31,960 nt of DNA from Zygophlyctis sp. KS116 (GCA_054661495.1 BAAFSQ010000102.1:1-31960); one strand, 5' to 3'; numbered from the stretch's first letter, positions 10,918-23,038 are shown. Program-made: numbers and translations. The notes: generated from the letters alone by a model not told the origin.

Positions 10918-13900
10918 ATGTCTGATCAAGAAGTTGAGGATGATGTTCTACCTCCTCTACCATTTTCCAAAAATGCATCAGTCATGTCCATGGATGAAGA
11001 AGGATATGTTCCACCGCCATCGTTTGGAAGGCGGACATCAAGTGCCAGTTCTGGACGGCGAATGTCAAAGACTGGATCATACATATCTACCAATAGAAGA
11101 CTTTCACAAGGAACCCAAAGGCTGATTAATGATTTTATGAGTGCAGCAGGCTTAAGTAGTGAGACAGAAAACATATCATCAATCACTGAAAAGAAATTGG
11201 ATATCTTTGCTCCAAATTTTGTTCCATTTCATGTCCAGAAATTCTGTAATCAAAGAGCTCTGATGGGTCAAGGTCCTGATAAGTTGGAGCCATTATGTCG
11301 AGAGACTTTTGGTGCTGTTGTAATGGTTGATGTTAGCGGTTATTCAAAATTATCTGCAGCATTGGCGGAAATGGGTCCCATAGGATCTGAAATTCTGAGC
11401 AAATCTATGAAGGGATATTTAGATAAGGTAATCATTATTTTTCTGATATGATAGATTATTGCCACAATTATTCGGCATGGCGGACAAATTGTCAAATTTG
11501 CTGGCGATGCAGTTATCTCCTACTGGAGATCTGATGCTAACGATTCTAGTAAAGATATTCATTATGGAGAAATTGTATTATCTGCTGCTCAATGCTGTCT
11601 CGATTTATTGACAAAATATGGGACTTATGAACTAAATATAAAGGACTGTGCTACGAAAATGTTGCGTATACATTTGGGAATTGGGGCAGGTCCAATATAT
11701 GAAAATCATGTTGGTGGTCCACCCGGCAGATGGGAGTTTTTTATTTCCGGTGATGGTGTAAATCAGTTGGGTACTGTTCTTGATTTGGCAAAGGCTGGTA
11801 GCTTAAATTAATCTAATTATAGGTGAATTAGCGCTATCTCATCAAGCTCTAAAATATTTTAGTATTGTTGTTGACATCGATACGGTTAACATTGGAAACT
11901 ATGATAAACGCTGCATCATATTAACAGGATTAGAAAAAGCTAGAAGGAAAGTACCACAAACTATAATACCCCTTCAATCACTTCCTGAATTAGATCGCTT
12001 TCAATCTTTACGCTACCAATCGCTTTTACGGCTTTTTATGGATCAGACTGCGCTTTTTAAAATTCAAGCTGATATAAAGCAATCACAGTTATTTGGATTA
12101 AATAATGAACTTATGGATCTTCTGGACCTGATAGAGTTGAGACAAGTTTCTACGGTATTTATTCGTATTGGAGATTTACAAAGAATAAAGGGAAAGGAAA
12201 TTCTGACTGAATCTCAAAAGGCAATCCAGGTTGTACAGAATGCTCTAGCCAAAAATGAAGGGGCATTACGACAGATACATGTTGATGATAAAGGTGCTGT
12301 TATCTTATGCTTTTTTGGTCTCCCTCCTATGGCACACGAGAATGATTCATCTCTTGCTCTTAAGGCAGCGTTAGAAATTAAAGATGCTTTTCTTGACTTG
12401 TTTGAAGAATTTTCGTTGGGTGTCACAACAGGAATTGTCGCTTTTGGTGGAGTCGGGGTTGTAGGGCGTACTGAATATGCAGTTGTAAAATATTTACAAT
12501 ATTTAATATTTATAGATGGGTGATTCAATTAATATGGCAGCACGGTTGATGTGTCATCCTGAAGCAGCGGAAAACATGCTTTGTGATGAAAAAACGTACA
12601 ACCTTTGCAAATCCCAATTTCAGTTCAATTTGTTAGGTGAAACAAAAGTAAAAGGGAAATCTGCGCCAATATCAATCTTTAGACCGCTTGAAGTTTTGAA
12701 AGAAAACGATAAAAAATCAGAGTTAAATCAAGGACTACCTTTGATTGGTAGAGTTAAAGAAAGAAATGCTATCCGAACGATTATTGGAAAGTACGCAAAT
12801 AAGGACATTCCTGGAATTATGATGATTGAAGCAGATGGAGGCCATGGGCTTAATACATTATTTGATGTAATCAGAACGGAATCTCTATCAAGAAATTGCA
12901 TCTGCATGTAAAAATATCTTATTCTGATATTTATAGTTCATCTTTTGGGACAGAAATAGAGAGAAAGACCCCGCTTTATTGCTTTAGAAGCTTGCTAAAT
13001 GATCTGGTTTCTTTAGTAGAAATTTCTACCAAACAAGAAGATGGAACGATAAGAATTATTCAAAAAGAAGTTCCAAAGCTTGAAATAGCAACAGAGATTG
13101 CTCCATGGGAGGAGCCATCTGCAGAGCTGGTCACGCCTGTTACGCCTATATCAAGACAAAATTCATATTTTTCAACGAATTCGTCTACTTCCTCTCTAAT
13201 TAGGATAAGTTCTAAACGAACATCCATAAGAACCTCATTGAATATACCAAATTTGGTTAACAACTTAAAGTTTGGGAAAAACTCAATAATTGAAGAAGAG
13301 TTAGAATCTGGAAAAGCAGTTGCTGCTCTAGCAGAAGCACCTGCCCATGCTACTTCTAAGAGACGAACAGCTAGTCAAGACCTTTTTCATGACGGGGATC
13401 CAGATAAAATTAACCATGCTGAAATGCAACGCAAAGCTTTAGGAGATTTGAATTTAGAATTTTATGCGAGGTCGAAAGCAGCTATAGATAAGATTGGTGG
13501 ATCGCTAGAACATGGTTCTGTACTGAATCTAGTTATGCCAAGCGTATTTGGGGATCAGGATGCAACTATGATGTCCCGTAAACTTCGTCTGAAAGAATTA
13601 TGCGACATCATCCGGAAACTGATAAATGCGATTTCTGAATCAAATTTTCTAGTATTGTGTTTCCAAGAGGCTCAATATATGGATTCTCTCTCATGGGAGC
13701 TACTTAATGAAATTCTATCAAGCTGCCCTAAATTATGTGTATTTATTGGCACACGACTACTGGTGAATTATGACGACGAAAGAAATCGAAATTTAGCTCT
13801 CAAAATCAAAGGCTTATCCCGAACTAGCTTTTCCTCATTAAGTCCATTTTCTATAGATGAAGCTAATCAGCTAATATTAAGTACATGGAGCGGATCAGAC

Positions 13901-16081
13901 GTTGTCAAAGTAGAGCAAAAGCTGCTCGAGTATGTTTTCAATCGAAGTGATGGACGTCCGTTATTTATTCGTTCCTTGGTTCTAAGCTTGAAAGAGTCTG
14001 GCAACTTCAGAATCTTGCCTGATGGAACGTTAACTTTTATTGGGGAATTAGATTTAGGCCTCTCATTTGACGATCGAAATATTGTAGTATCTGAATTCGA
14101 TAAACTAGAAAGAACTTTTCAGTTGTTTTTAAAAGTTGCCGCAGTTATTGGTCAATCATTTGCTCTGGAAGATGTTCTTTATTTTCTAACTGGAATGCCA
14201 GGTTTGCTTGGCAAAATAGAGACAAACAATATCGAAGCTTTAATTTCAGGAGTAGAGGGTCTGGATCGATACGGATTTTTACAGCGCTCAGATGACGGCT
14301 TAACATTTAGTTTCAAATCTTCAGTCGTTCGGCAGTTTGTGTACTCTCTCATGGTCGTCCAACAGCGCCAACAATTGCATATCAAGATTGCTCGCTATTT
14401 GGAATCTAAACTAAATCAGCGAAATTCATATGAACTCTTGGTACCAATTTACGAGCATTACATGGAGTCAGGAGACCTAGAAACTGGAAAGAAACTTTAC
14501 TATTTGGAGCTTGTTGCTCAATATCATTTTGAGAATGAATCTATGGCTGATTCGATAAAATGCTATCGCACTTTATTGAACTTAACCAAAGATCAATCGA
14601 TAGGGTCAAATATTCTGTCCTCTTGGCATAGAGAGCTCGGTTGTGCGCTTTTTTATTTAGAGATATTCGAAGAAGCTGAAGTTAGCTTGGTTAAGAGTCT
14701 AGAATTATTGAATACTATTATACCGCCAGTAGGAATCAAGTTAGAGTGGGAAATAAAACGGCAGGCTACAATTCGACAAAAGTACGAGAAAGATTTACCT
14801 CAAGGAACTGTAGACGAAGATTATATCGAGAGCTACCCCGACTTTGTAGGAAGTGGATTGTCTCTCAATACAAGAGCTAAAGCAAAAGGTCCATCTGGAT
14901 TTTCTGAAAAAGTTAGCTCAAAGGTGGGAGAATTATTATCAATAATAGCTCTTTCAGATTTATATGTCAAGATGGGTGCACTGAAACAGCTTAAATTACT
15001 GATTCTAATGGGATTAAATTTATGCGAGGAAATGCCAAAAGACTCTATTTATTGTCGTTTAATGTCTTTGCACGGATATATGACTTATGTCTCTGATAAC
15101 AATTTTCAACTTGCTGCTAAATATATCGAGATTGCTGAAAAAAATGATTTTCGAAATAACATAACAGATTCAATCGAAATAGTTCGATATATGGCCCGCT
15201 TTCTTTTTCTTTCTGGAAATTGGGCTCATTCAAAAAAGAAATTTGACGCCCTTGATCATCTTGGACATATAGCTAATGATTTAACGGCATCAAGAGAGGC
15301 TATATGTACTAAATCTGTAATTTTTTTCTTTGGAAATTCCCGCCCATCATCAGTTGCACTTGCGAATGAACTGCTCAATTTAGGAGCTCAAGAAGATGAC
15401 TGGATAAGTCAATATTGGGGATCTTTTTTGCTGTGCTCAAACTTACTCTCACGGGAACCAAATCAAACCATGGATCTACTGGCAGCACTTCAAAAACATG
15501 ACACTGTCTGGAATGATGCTCCAGCCCACTTGAAAACCTCAAATTTATACGTTTTATGTACCCAGGGACTGCAATGTCTAAATGAAGCACTATATCCTAC
15601 ATCAAAAAATTTGTTTTTGGAATTTCTTGATGGATATGCAGAAGCAGTTGAAAATCTAAATATCGAACACTGGATTAGTTTCGTAAGCTTTCATAATGTT
15701 TTCTTGGCATGTATTTTCGCTCAATTGAAGCAAGGATTGGATGCGAACTCTCGAAACATTATTATTAAAGTATGCGATGCAATACATAAGCACACCAAAG
15801 GTGAACTACATAATTGCATTTTAGCAGAAGATTATAAGCATTTCTATAAAGGACTTAAAGCAATTTTTGGGAAAAAGCAAGGCGACGCCATGCATGCATG
15901 GCATGCTGGTGCTGAAACAGAAGGTAAAACTGATTCAATATATATCCATGGTTGCTTTCATGCACTATTGGGCAAATTCCACGACAAAAAATCAGAAGCT
16001 GAAAAGCATTTAAAGCAAGCTAGGAATCTGCTAACTAAAGTGGGAATAGAAAATGAATTAGGTCAAATTTGGCAATTATAA
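10918..16081 (+). CDS. Soluble adenylyl cyclase (ADCY10/sAC) family class III nucleotide cyclase: two cyclase domains, STAND-type NTPase-like domain, TPR-like C-terminus
   Basis: C1 VMVDVSGYSKL and GGQIVKFAGDAV; C2 ELRQVSTVFI, RQIHVDDKGAVILCFFGLPP, RTEYAVMGDSINMAARLM, VKGKSAPISIF; then LIGRVKE, EAQYMDSLSWELL, RSDGRPLFI. Introns 11428-11454, 11798-11822, 12485-12515, 12908-12936. Confidence 0.92.
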
Positions 16082-16102
16082 AAAAAGTATGTTGATATAT
16101 TT

Positions 16103-17929
16103 CTACATAATGTTGCAGTCAATATTGGTGTTTCTGATTCTTTTTCTGCTAATGATCATTGCACTTCGATTATTAAATCCAGTAACTTCACTGACTATAT
16201 CTTGAAGCTCCTTGAGTCTTTTCAGTGCCCTTTTATTTCCCTGCGCTGCAGCTCTTCGATACCATTTTTTTGCTTCATTAAGATCAGGTTTAGTTCCTAT
16301 TCCATTTTCTGAGAAATAACCAACTGCAAATTCAGCCTTTGCTAGCCCCTTATCGGCAGCTTTCCGAGCCCAAAGATATGCATCAGGTTCTGATTTTTCT
16401 AATAAAAATTTTGCACCAGTCAAATACCATCCTGATAATCCTAACTCTGCATCGGGGTCACCATTCTCGGCGGCTTTAGTATACCAAGCTATGGAACGCC
16501 TTGGATCAATTTCTAAATCAAGATATCCATGCTCTACATTATTAAGAGTATTAATAAAGCTCTACCGTATGCCAGACCCAATCTGAACTGACTAGGTGCA
16601 TGATTCATAGAAGCTGCCCTGTTAAATAATTCAACTGCATAAGAAAAATCCTAAAATAAATATATAATTTCCTCACAGGAATAATTAGAGTTCCAACCTT
16701 TTCATTATCAGATCCTTCATATAATAAACCAAGTTCATAAAGTGCATGTGTTGCAGCATCTCCTCCAGTGCTGATAGCTTTTTTCAACAATGAAATTCCC
16801 TCTTTTGGATTTGGAGTAACTCCTAGATCCCCATGAAGAAGAATCATTGCCAATTTATACATTGCAGTTCCATTTCCTAGTAGATATGCTCTTCTATAAT
16901 ATAAAATTGCTTTATTTGCATCCTTTTTTACTCCTGCACCAACTTCAAAACATACTGCAACTCTATATGTAGCAACAGGATGATTTTGTTTAGCAGCTTG
17001 CAAATATAATCCAAAAGATTTTTCATGATCCAAATTCAATCCTTTTTATAAACTACTAAAAACACACCTATTGATCCAGAACCATACCACTCTGCCAACA
17101 TAAACTGAGCTTCCGGATAACCTTTGACAACTCCCGAACTAGTCCCAACTAATCCTTTTATCCATTTTAAAGCTTCACTGTGCAATAAAATCCTATTCCT
17201 TTTAATCTTTTTAGAATCATGATTTGTTTTTGCATACTTTTCAGCCGTTTCCAATAGAAATTTAACAAAATCTAAAATGAACTTTGGATCATCACTTTGT
17301 TCTACTGCTCTTCTATAACTTCCTAGTGAAGGATACGGACTATTCTGATTAATTTGAATACTTGAAACCACTGATCCTGATTCATATGACACTGTAGACA
17401 CATTAGCAGTTTCAATAAAATTATTTGTAGATTCCTGTTTATATACAGAATTTTGATGATTCCTTGGCCATTTTCTATCATTATTTGAGATAAATGATGA
17501 ATCAGAGCCTTCCACCTGACTCTTATACGCAATTTTTCTGTTTGTATCCACTGGATTTGTCAATATCTGATTACAAGAATCATTAAACTTGAGTCCTGTT
17601 GAATTTTGATCCATGGAACGAACCGGTTGTTGATAGTGTTGATACTGTTGATACTGGTCATACTGAGCATATTGAGCATACTGAGCATATTGATGATAAT
17701 GGGCATCCTGATCAGTGGAAGAATACTGATACTGATGATCATAGACAGCATACGATACTTGTCCTTGGTCGGTTAAATTCAGTTGGTTCATGAGATTATT
17801 ATGCTGATGAGTTGATACATAATCAGCAGAATTGACATTAGCCTTATCGGCAAGATTTAATTTAGCAATCATCAAATTATCAGCTGTATTAGGCGGTGAG
17901 TCTAAGAGAACTGGCATATCAGAGCTCAT
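16103..17929 (-). CDS. CHS4: Chitin synthase activator, Sel1-repeat protein with C-terminal CaaX (Chs4/Skt5 family)
   Basis: GYPEAQFMLA, LYLQAAKQNHPVATYRVAVCFEVGAG, DPRRSIAWYTKAAENGDPDAELGLSGWYLTGA, AYLWARKAA..GLAKAEFAVGYFSENGIG; ends in CNIM*. Introns 17042-17067, 16651-16676, 16534-16565. First ATG taken at 17929. Confidence 0.9.
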
Positions 17930-18000
17930 TTGTAAATTTTCAAACGAATAATTTTGACTCAATGAAGACGCAGGGGTTTTTACAGACAGAATTTATGCCT

Positions 18001-19152
18001 TTATAGCTTTGATTGAATCAAAATCTTATTCTTCATCAGGTTTGAAATTTCATAATCTTCCAGTCCAAGTTCTTTAACAATATCAATAGAATTTTGACCA
18101 GGAATTAAAGGTTCATCAGACCCAGAAAATGTCTGATTTTGAAACCTTGGTGCTGCAATTGTCCCAGTCTTTCTAAATACATGATGCGGAAAAGTTTCCA
18201 ACTCTGATATTTCTAAAACTGGTGTAACACAAGCATCAAGAGTATCAAAAATTAAAATCCATTCAGTCAAGGTTTTTTGAGATATTCTGTCTTGAAATAC
18301 AGTCCGTAATTTTGACCAATTTTCCTTTAAATCTCTCTTATCTAGACTAGATTCATCCAAATCTAATCCTTTTAGAAAATTCCTATAAAATTGAGGTTCA
18401 ATACATCCAACTGCTAAATATTTTCCATCTTTTGTAAGATATAATTGATAAAACGGCGCCTAATTTTTAATAAATAAAGTAGTACTCCTCCATCCAACAA
18501 ATTTGTACCTCTTGGATCATTCATTAGTCCGAATTTCTTCATTTTTAGTATAAATGTAGATAAATAAACTACACCATCAACCATTGCTGCATCAATAACT
18601 GTTCCTTTTCCTGTTTTAGATTGGGAAATTATTGCAAGTAATATCCCAATGACACAAAACAATGATCCTCCAGCAAAGTCTCCTAATAGATTTATAGGAA
18701 ATACTGGACTAGAGTTTGTTGGTCCGATCAGAGATAAAATACCTGAAATTGCAATATAATTAAGATCATGTCCTGCCTTTTTAGCTAGAGGACCATCTTG
18801 TCCGAATCCTGTTAGTCTAGCAATAATAAGTTTTGGATTTATTTTTAATAGAAATGTTGGATCCAATCCCCAAGACTCTAGTACTCCCGGACGAAAAGGA
18901 TCTAGTAATACATTTGCCTTTTCTACAAGTCTTTGAAACAATTGTTTTCCAGTCTCAGTCTTAATATCGATACAAATTGATTTTTTACCTCTTTCAATGT
19001 CAATATTATAAGTACCTTGTTAAAAAGTCTGGATTTGAGACATTTGGCTTATCTATTCTAAGAACAGTTGCTCCAAAATCCGATAATATCATTCCTGCCA
19101 TTGGAACTGGTGCTAATCCAGCCAACTCAAGTACTAAAAGTCCCTTTAACAT
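18001..19152 (-). CDS. AMACR: Alpha-methylacyl-CoA racemase (CoA-transferase family III), peroxisomal
   Basis: [68 protein letters not shown]; C-terminal PTS1 SKL. Introns 18991-19015, 18460-18485. Confidence 0.93.
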
Positions 19153-19209
19153 GACTTCCGATCCTCAAAAATCTAAAAACAATCACTAGTAAAATCACTT
19201 GTAACACAA

Positions 19210-19662
19210 TTAAAATACTCCAATAGCATTTCCAATCCTTGTATAACCATCATGCACAATCTTCTTTTGAGGAATATCAGACACACATTCAACTCTAACC
19301 AATTCCTTCAACTTTAAAATCATACCAGCAACAGACGATGTAATTGGTTTCCAGACAATTTGATGTCTTTTACTTAATCCTAATGAATAAACAACTTTTC
19401 TAGTTGATCTGGGTAGTCCAATTATTCCTCGCATTAATGTAATCTGATAATACTTGTTATCGGGACCTTGCAATGCTTTTTCGGTATTTGATAATGATCG
19501 ATGCCCAATGATTTCTGGAACTTTAAAATATGGGGGATCAGTGGGTGTTGGCTTTGAGTGGGGAGTTGCATTAAGAATTTCCAAGGGCGGTGCTTTAATT
19601 CCAAGATCTAGAATTGATCTTTTAGGAGCTCTAGGAAGCAAAAGAACTCTTGATCTGAACAT
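19210..19662 (-). CDS. MRPL33: Mitochondrial ribosomal protein uL30m (yeast MrpL33-like), intronless
   Basis: YYQITLMRGIIGLPRSTRKVVYSLGLSKRHQIVWKPITSSVAGMILKLKELVRVE is the L30 domain; Arg-rich presequence-like N-terminus. Confidence 0.88.
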   Translation of the reverse strand: MFRSRVLLLPRAPKRSILDLGIKAPPLEILNATPHSKPTPTDPPYFKVPEIIGHRSLSNTEKALQGPDNKYYQITLMRGIIGLPRSTRKVVYSLGLSKRHQIVWKPITSSVAGMILKLKELVRVECVSDIPQKKIVHDGYTRIGNAIGVF

Positions 19663-19675
19663 GATTTATTATCTC

Positions 19676-21210
19676 TTAACCAAAATTATTATTTCTTGGA
19701 GGGTTGTTTGGCGGCGAAGGAAAGTTTATAGAAATTTCAGAGTCTCGATGCGGAAAGTGTTTTGAGCCTCTAGAGTAGATTGATCCATAATCCTTGGCTC
19801 TATAGCTTCCACTATCCCGGTCAGACTTATACTCGCTAAATTGTTCAAATAACATATTAGAATAGATGGATTGATGTGCGGTGCCAGATATTAAAACGAC
19901 TGAATCACGATTACTGATTGAATTTTGATTCATGTTTCTATACATGATCGCCTGTTGATAAGGTTCTGTTCCATCATTGGCTTGATTCAAATATATTGTA
20001 TTTCTGTAATTTTGTTCTTGCTGTTGATAAATCTCTGGTCCCATTTGATTCAGGCTAAGAGATGATCTGTCAAAGGTTTCCAAGTGGTCTAAATCTATAG
20101 TGTTTCTATTTTGCATTTGATGCTGATGTAGTTCTGATTCATCAAAGGTTTCCAAGTGATCCAGGTCTATAGTGCTTCTATAAGGATTGTAATTCTGTTC
20201 CGAAGGAGCTATCTGGACCATCATAGGGATTTGTTTTTGATCTTCTTGAACTTGTGGTGAATTTAGTAAATATGGACTGTCAATACCAATCATTTCTGCA
20301 TTTTGATAATAACCATCAAATGCTTTTTGGGATTTGGTTAAATAGTCCACAGGCTTTTGAAATTCTTTTAGAGGTTTTAAGTCAGTAGATGTAGTAGAGA
20401 AAGAATCTCTCATTGCATCAGTCTTTAAAAGAGAATTTCCAAAATTTGAGTCAGGTCTTTTACGTTTTGGAGTAGTACACCATAAAATAGAAGCTAATAA
20501 TCCCGCAAGAATCAAAAATATTGCAATACCAACTGCTATACCTATCCCAACAGACAATGGGATAGTGTCATCATTTTGAGTGGCAGGTAGAAATACAATT
20601 CCAGGAAAGAGTTGTTGACAACATTCAGTACCAAATTCATTCTGACGTAAAGAGGGACATCCTACTTGTGCCGCATCTTTATTTCGAAATCCTATTTTTA
20701 AGACTCACTTGACTTACCACAAGATTCTATTTCAGAAGTCACACCACTAAAACAAGAATCTGATGAGTCACTGCCTGATGAACAGAAACTAAAAACACTT
20801 GTAATTGTTTTCGAGTCACTGCAAGTTGATAATCCCTTTGATACAGATCGTCTGGCAGCATTACAAATATTTGAGCATATTTTATTCTTTTCTGGTAAAA
20901 ATGGACTAGCTGAATTACATTGACTCTTTAAAGCGTCTGAAACCATTAAAGAGCAAAAGAATGAGATCTGATACTGTTGTTTTTTAACATCATCTTGAGA
21001 GATGTTACATTTCCCATTCTGATTGATCTGAATCATTGAAGCAGAAGCATCTGAAAGCTGAAATATGTTCTTTGTAAACTCTTCAAATGCTGAAAACAAT
21101 ACCGGAGCACCTTCAAATTTAGGGCCACAGATAGAGTTTGAAGGCAAAGTAATAGATTGACTGCATGACTGAGAACTAACATACTCTACAAGTAGCAACA
21201 GGAGGATCAT
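19676..21210 (-). CDS. Type I membrane protein: signal peptide, Cys-rich ectodomain, single TM, disordered cytoplasmic tail
   Basis: MILLLLLVEYVSSQ signal; many Cys (ISFFCS, ICSNIC, SCG, ECC); TM IGIAVGIAIFLILAGLLASILW followed by KRKR. One intron 20692-20717. Confidence 0.8.
20070..20180 (-). repeat. Coding direct repeat (R[SN]TIDLDHLETFD x2, 72-nt spacing)
   Basis: TCAAAGGTTTCCAAGTG...TCTATAGTG at ~20070 and ~20142. Confidence 0.85.
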
Positions 21211-21277
21211 TTTATTTTAATCTAAATCTTTTTATAGAAACCGCAGCTAATTATAGGAGATTTGCGGCAAGTCTCAT

Positions 21278-21754
21278 TCAGAAACGTGACCCTTGCCGAT
21301 AGAGTTCACTGATCAGAATGAGTCCCCAAAGACTGCTTAAAACAAGACAAAAATTAAAATACCCAATTCCGCTCTCTATCAGTTGATGATATTCTGTTGA
21401 CAAGGGATAAAATGCCAAAATTATAGATCCAATTTCCCTTGTGGCTCTCATCCAAGGCAACAGATGCGGTCCATCATACCATGCTCTTGTTTTAGGAGAT
21501 TGATCTATCACAATCTTTTTGAACTTGAGGTACTGCCAAACAAAAGACATCGATCCAAGAATTGATGATAATGTGAGCCAAAAAATACAAAACTTGAACA
21601 ATACAAAGAAATACAATATGGGATCTTCCAGAGTTTTTGAAGATACAAATGATATCATGAATACTCCCAGGATCGCATTTATGAGAGAAACAGAATTAAC
21701 AGTCCCTTCAACCATTACTGATCGTCCAACAATAGCTCCAACAAACTGAAACAT
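21278..21754 (-). CDS. Hypothetical multi-pass membrane protein
   Basis: 158-aa intronless ORF with about 4 hydrophobic segments, filling the gap between two genes; start uncertain (see finding). Confidence 0.6.
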   Translation of the reverse strand: MFQFVGAIVGRSVMVEGTVNSVSLINAILGVFMISFVSSKTLEDPILYFFVLFKFCIFWLTLSSILGSMSFVWQYLKFKKIVIDQSPKTRAWYDGPHLLPWMRATREIGSIILAFYPLSTEYHQLIESGIGYFNFCLVLSSLWGLILISELYRQGSRF

Positions 21755-21883
21755 TTCAACAGCAGCAAAAGCGCAAACAAATCGCGTTCTAGCCTAGTCT
21801 AGGGGTCCGATTGAGTCTGGAGATGAATCAGTCATGTCCATTCCTACATTTTTAAGTTTTAATTTGTCAAATCAATATATTTT

Positions 21884-23038
21884 TTAAATTTTAATCCAAA
21901 CTTGATCATCTGTGAATTTCCATCCCTTAAATCGATTATTCGCCATACTTTTTTCTCCATACTCTAGTGATAGCATTGAGATTGGATTATTAGGTCTCCA
22001 AACAGCAACATTACTAAATACAGTTGCTTTAAGAGGGAAAATATTCTGGTGACTAAACCAATGTGGAGATTTACAATTTAGTATTTTCATGGTTTCCAAG
22101 GGATAGCCCAAAGACTGATCAGTTAAAGCAGTAACATCAATATACGCTCCAGTAAAAGTGTCTATAAATCTTGCATCAATTACATTATTAGAATCTTGAT
22201 AAGTTCTAAACTGTGAATGTGGATTAACATCTAATAGATACTGATCATCATATAACGTATAATTTAGCATCCATAATTGTCCTAGAGAATATAAACTAAC
22301 TTGAATATCATTATCAAAATCTAAATTTAATATCTTTTAATATTACCCCATGGAAATACTTGAGCATTCCATGTAAACGCTAATAAATTCCCATGGATGA
22401 TCCACCAGTCCTGTATATTGTAATCATATGTAAAGTAAGACCATGCCTTGTATAACTCTACAAGCGTTATACTCGGATCAACTTTTTTATCGTGATCATA
22501 GTATCTGATATCTTTATGTTTATCAGACTTTGATTCTGAATAATATTTGGGAATTTTATAGTTTGGATATATGCGAGTAAATGATAGTTCAAACTCTGAA
22601 TTTACAAAATCCACTTTTAAATGACTTGCATCAACATCTCGTGTCTTATTCCTCCAAAACGATTTAGAATCAAAGGCTTTAATTCTTGTTAGAATTTCCA
22701 TGCATGGAAAGTTGTCTGAAAGCGTCTGACAATTTTGGAAATCATTAAATACGACATCATATCCTACTTCATGATCGGTACTCTCCTTGTTCAGTTTATA
22801 CTCTACGTTTCCATATTGAACAGGATTTGCCTTTATCGGTTTACTAATTTCTATTGATTTTACATCTTTTGGAACTGAAAGAGATTTGAAAAACCAAACC
22901 AATGCAAGAACAAATAGAACATTTAAAGACTTTTTAATTCCATTTTTGTAATCTTTTTTTAGGGAGTAAACTCTGTATAGTCTATGATATCATTAAATCA
23001 AATATGTACATATTATGCAAATACCGATGTATCGCCAT
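21884..23038 (-). CDS. LicD/fukutin-family phosphotransferase, Mnn4-like type II membrane protein
   Basis: KYYSES..HKDIRYY, WWIIHGNLLAFTWNAQVFPWDFDNDIQV, YLLDVNP, NVIDARFIDTFTGAYIDVTAL, CKSPHWF..IFPLKATVF, LEYG. Introns 22982-23009 and 22321-22346; N-terminal signal anchor LNVLFVLALVWFF. Confidence 0.9.

Noticed and set aside
10918-16081. Cyclase-NTPase-TPR gene as a bacterial horizontal transfer or NLR-like immune gene
   Set aside because: The architecture is the standard sAC/ADCY10 layout with tandem cyclase domains, and it has four host-type micro-introns.
19153-19162. CGGAAGT ETS-like motif before the AMACR start
   Set aside because: ETS factors are animal-specific; a single 7-mer is not informative.
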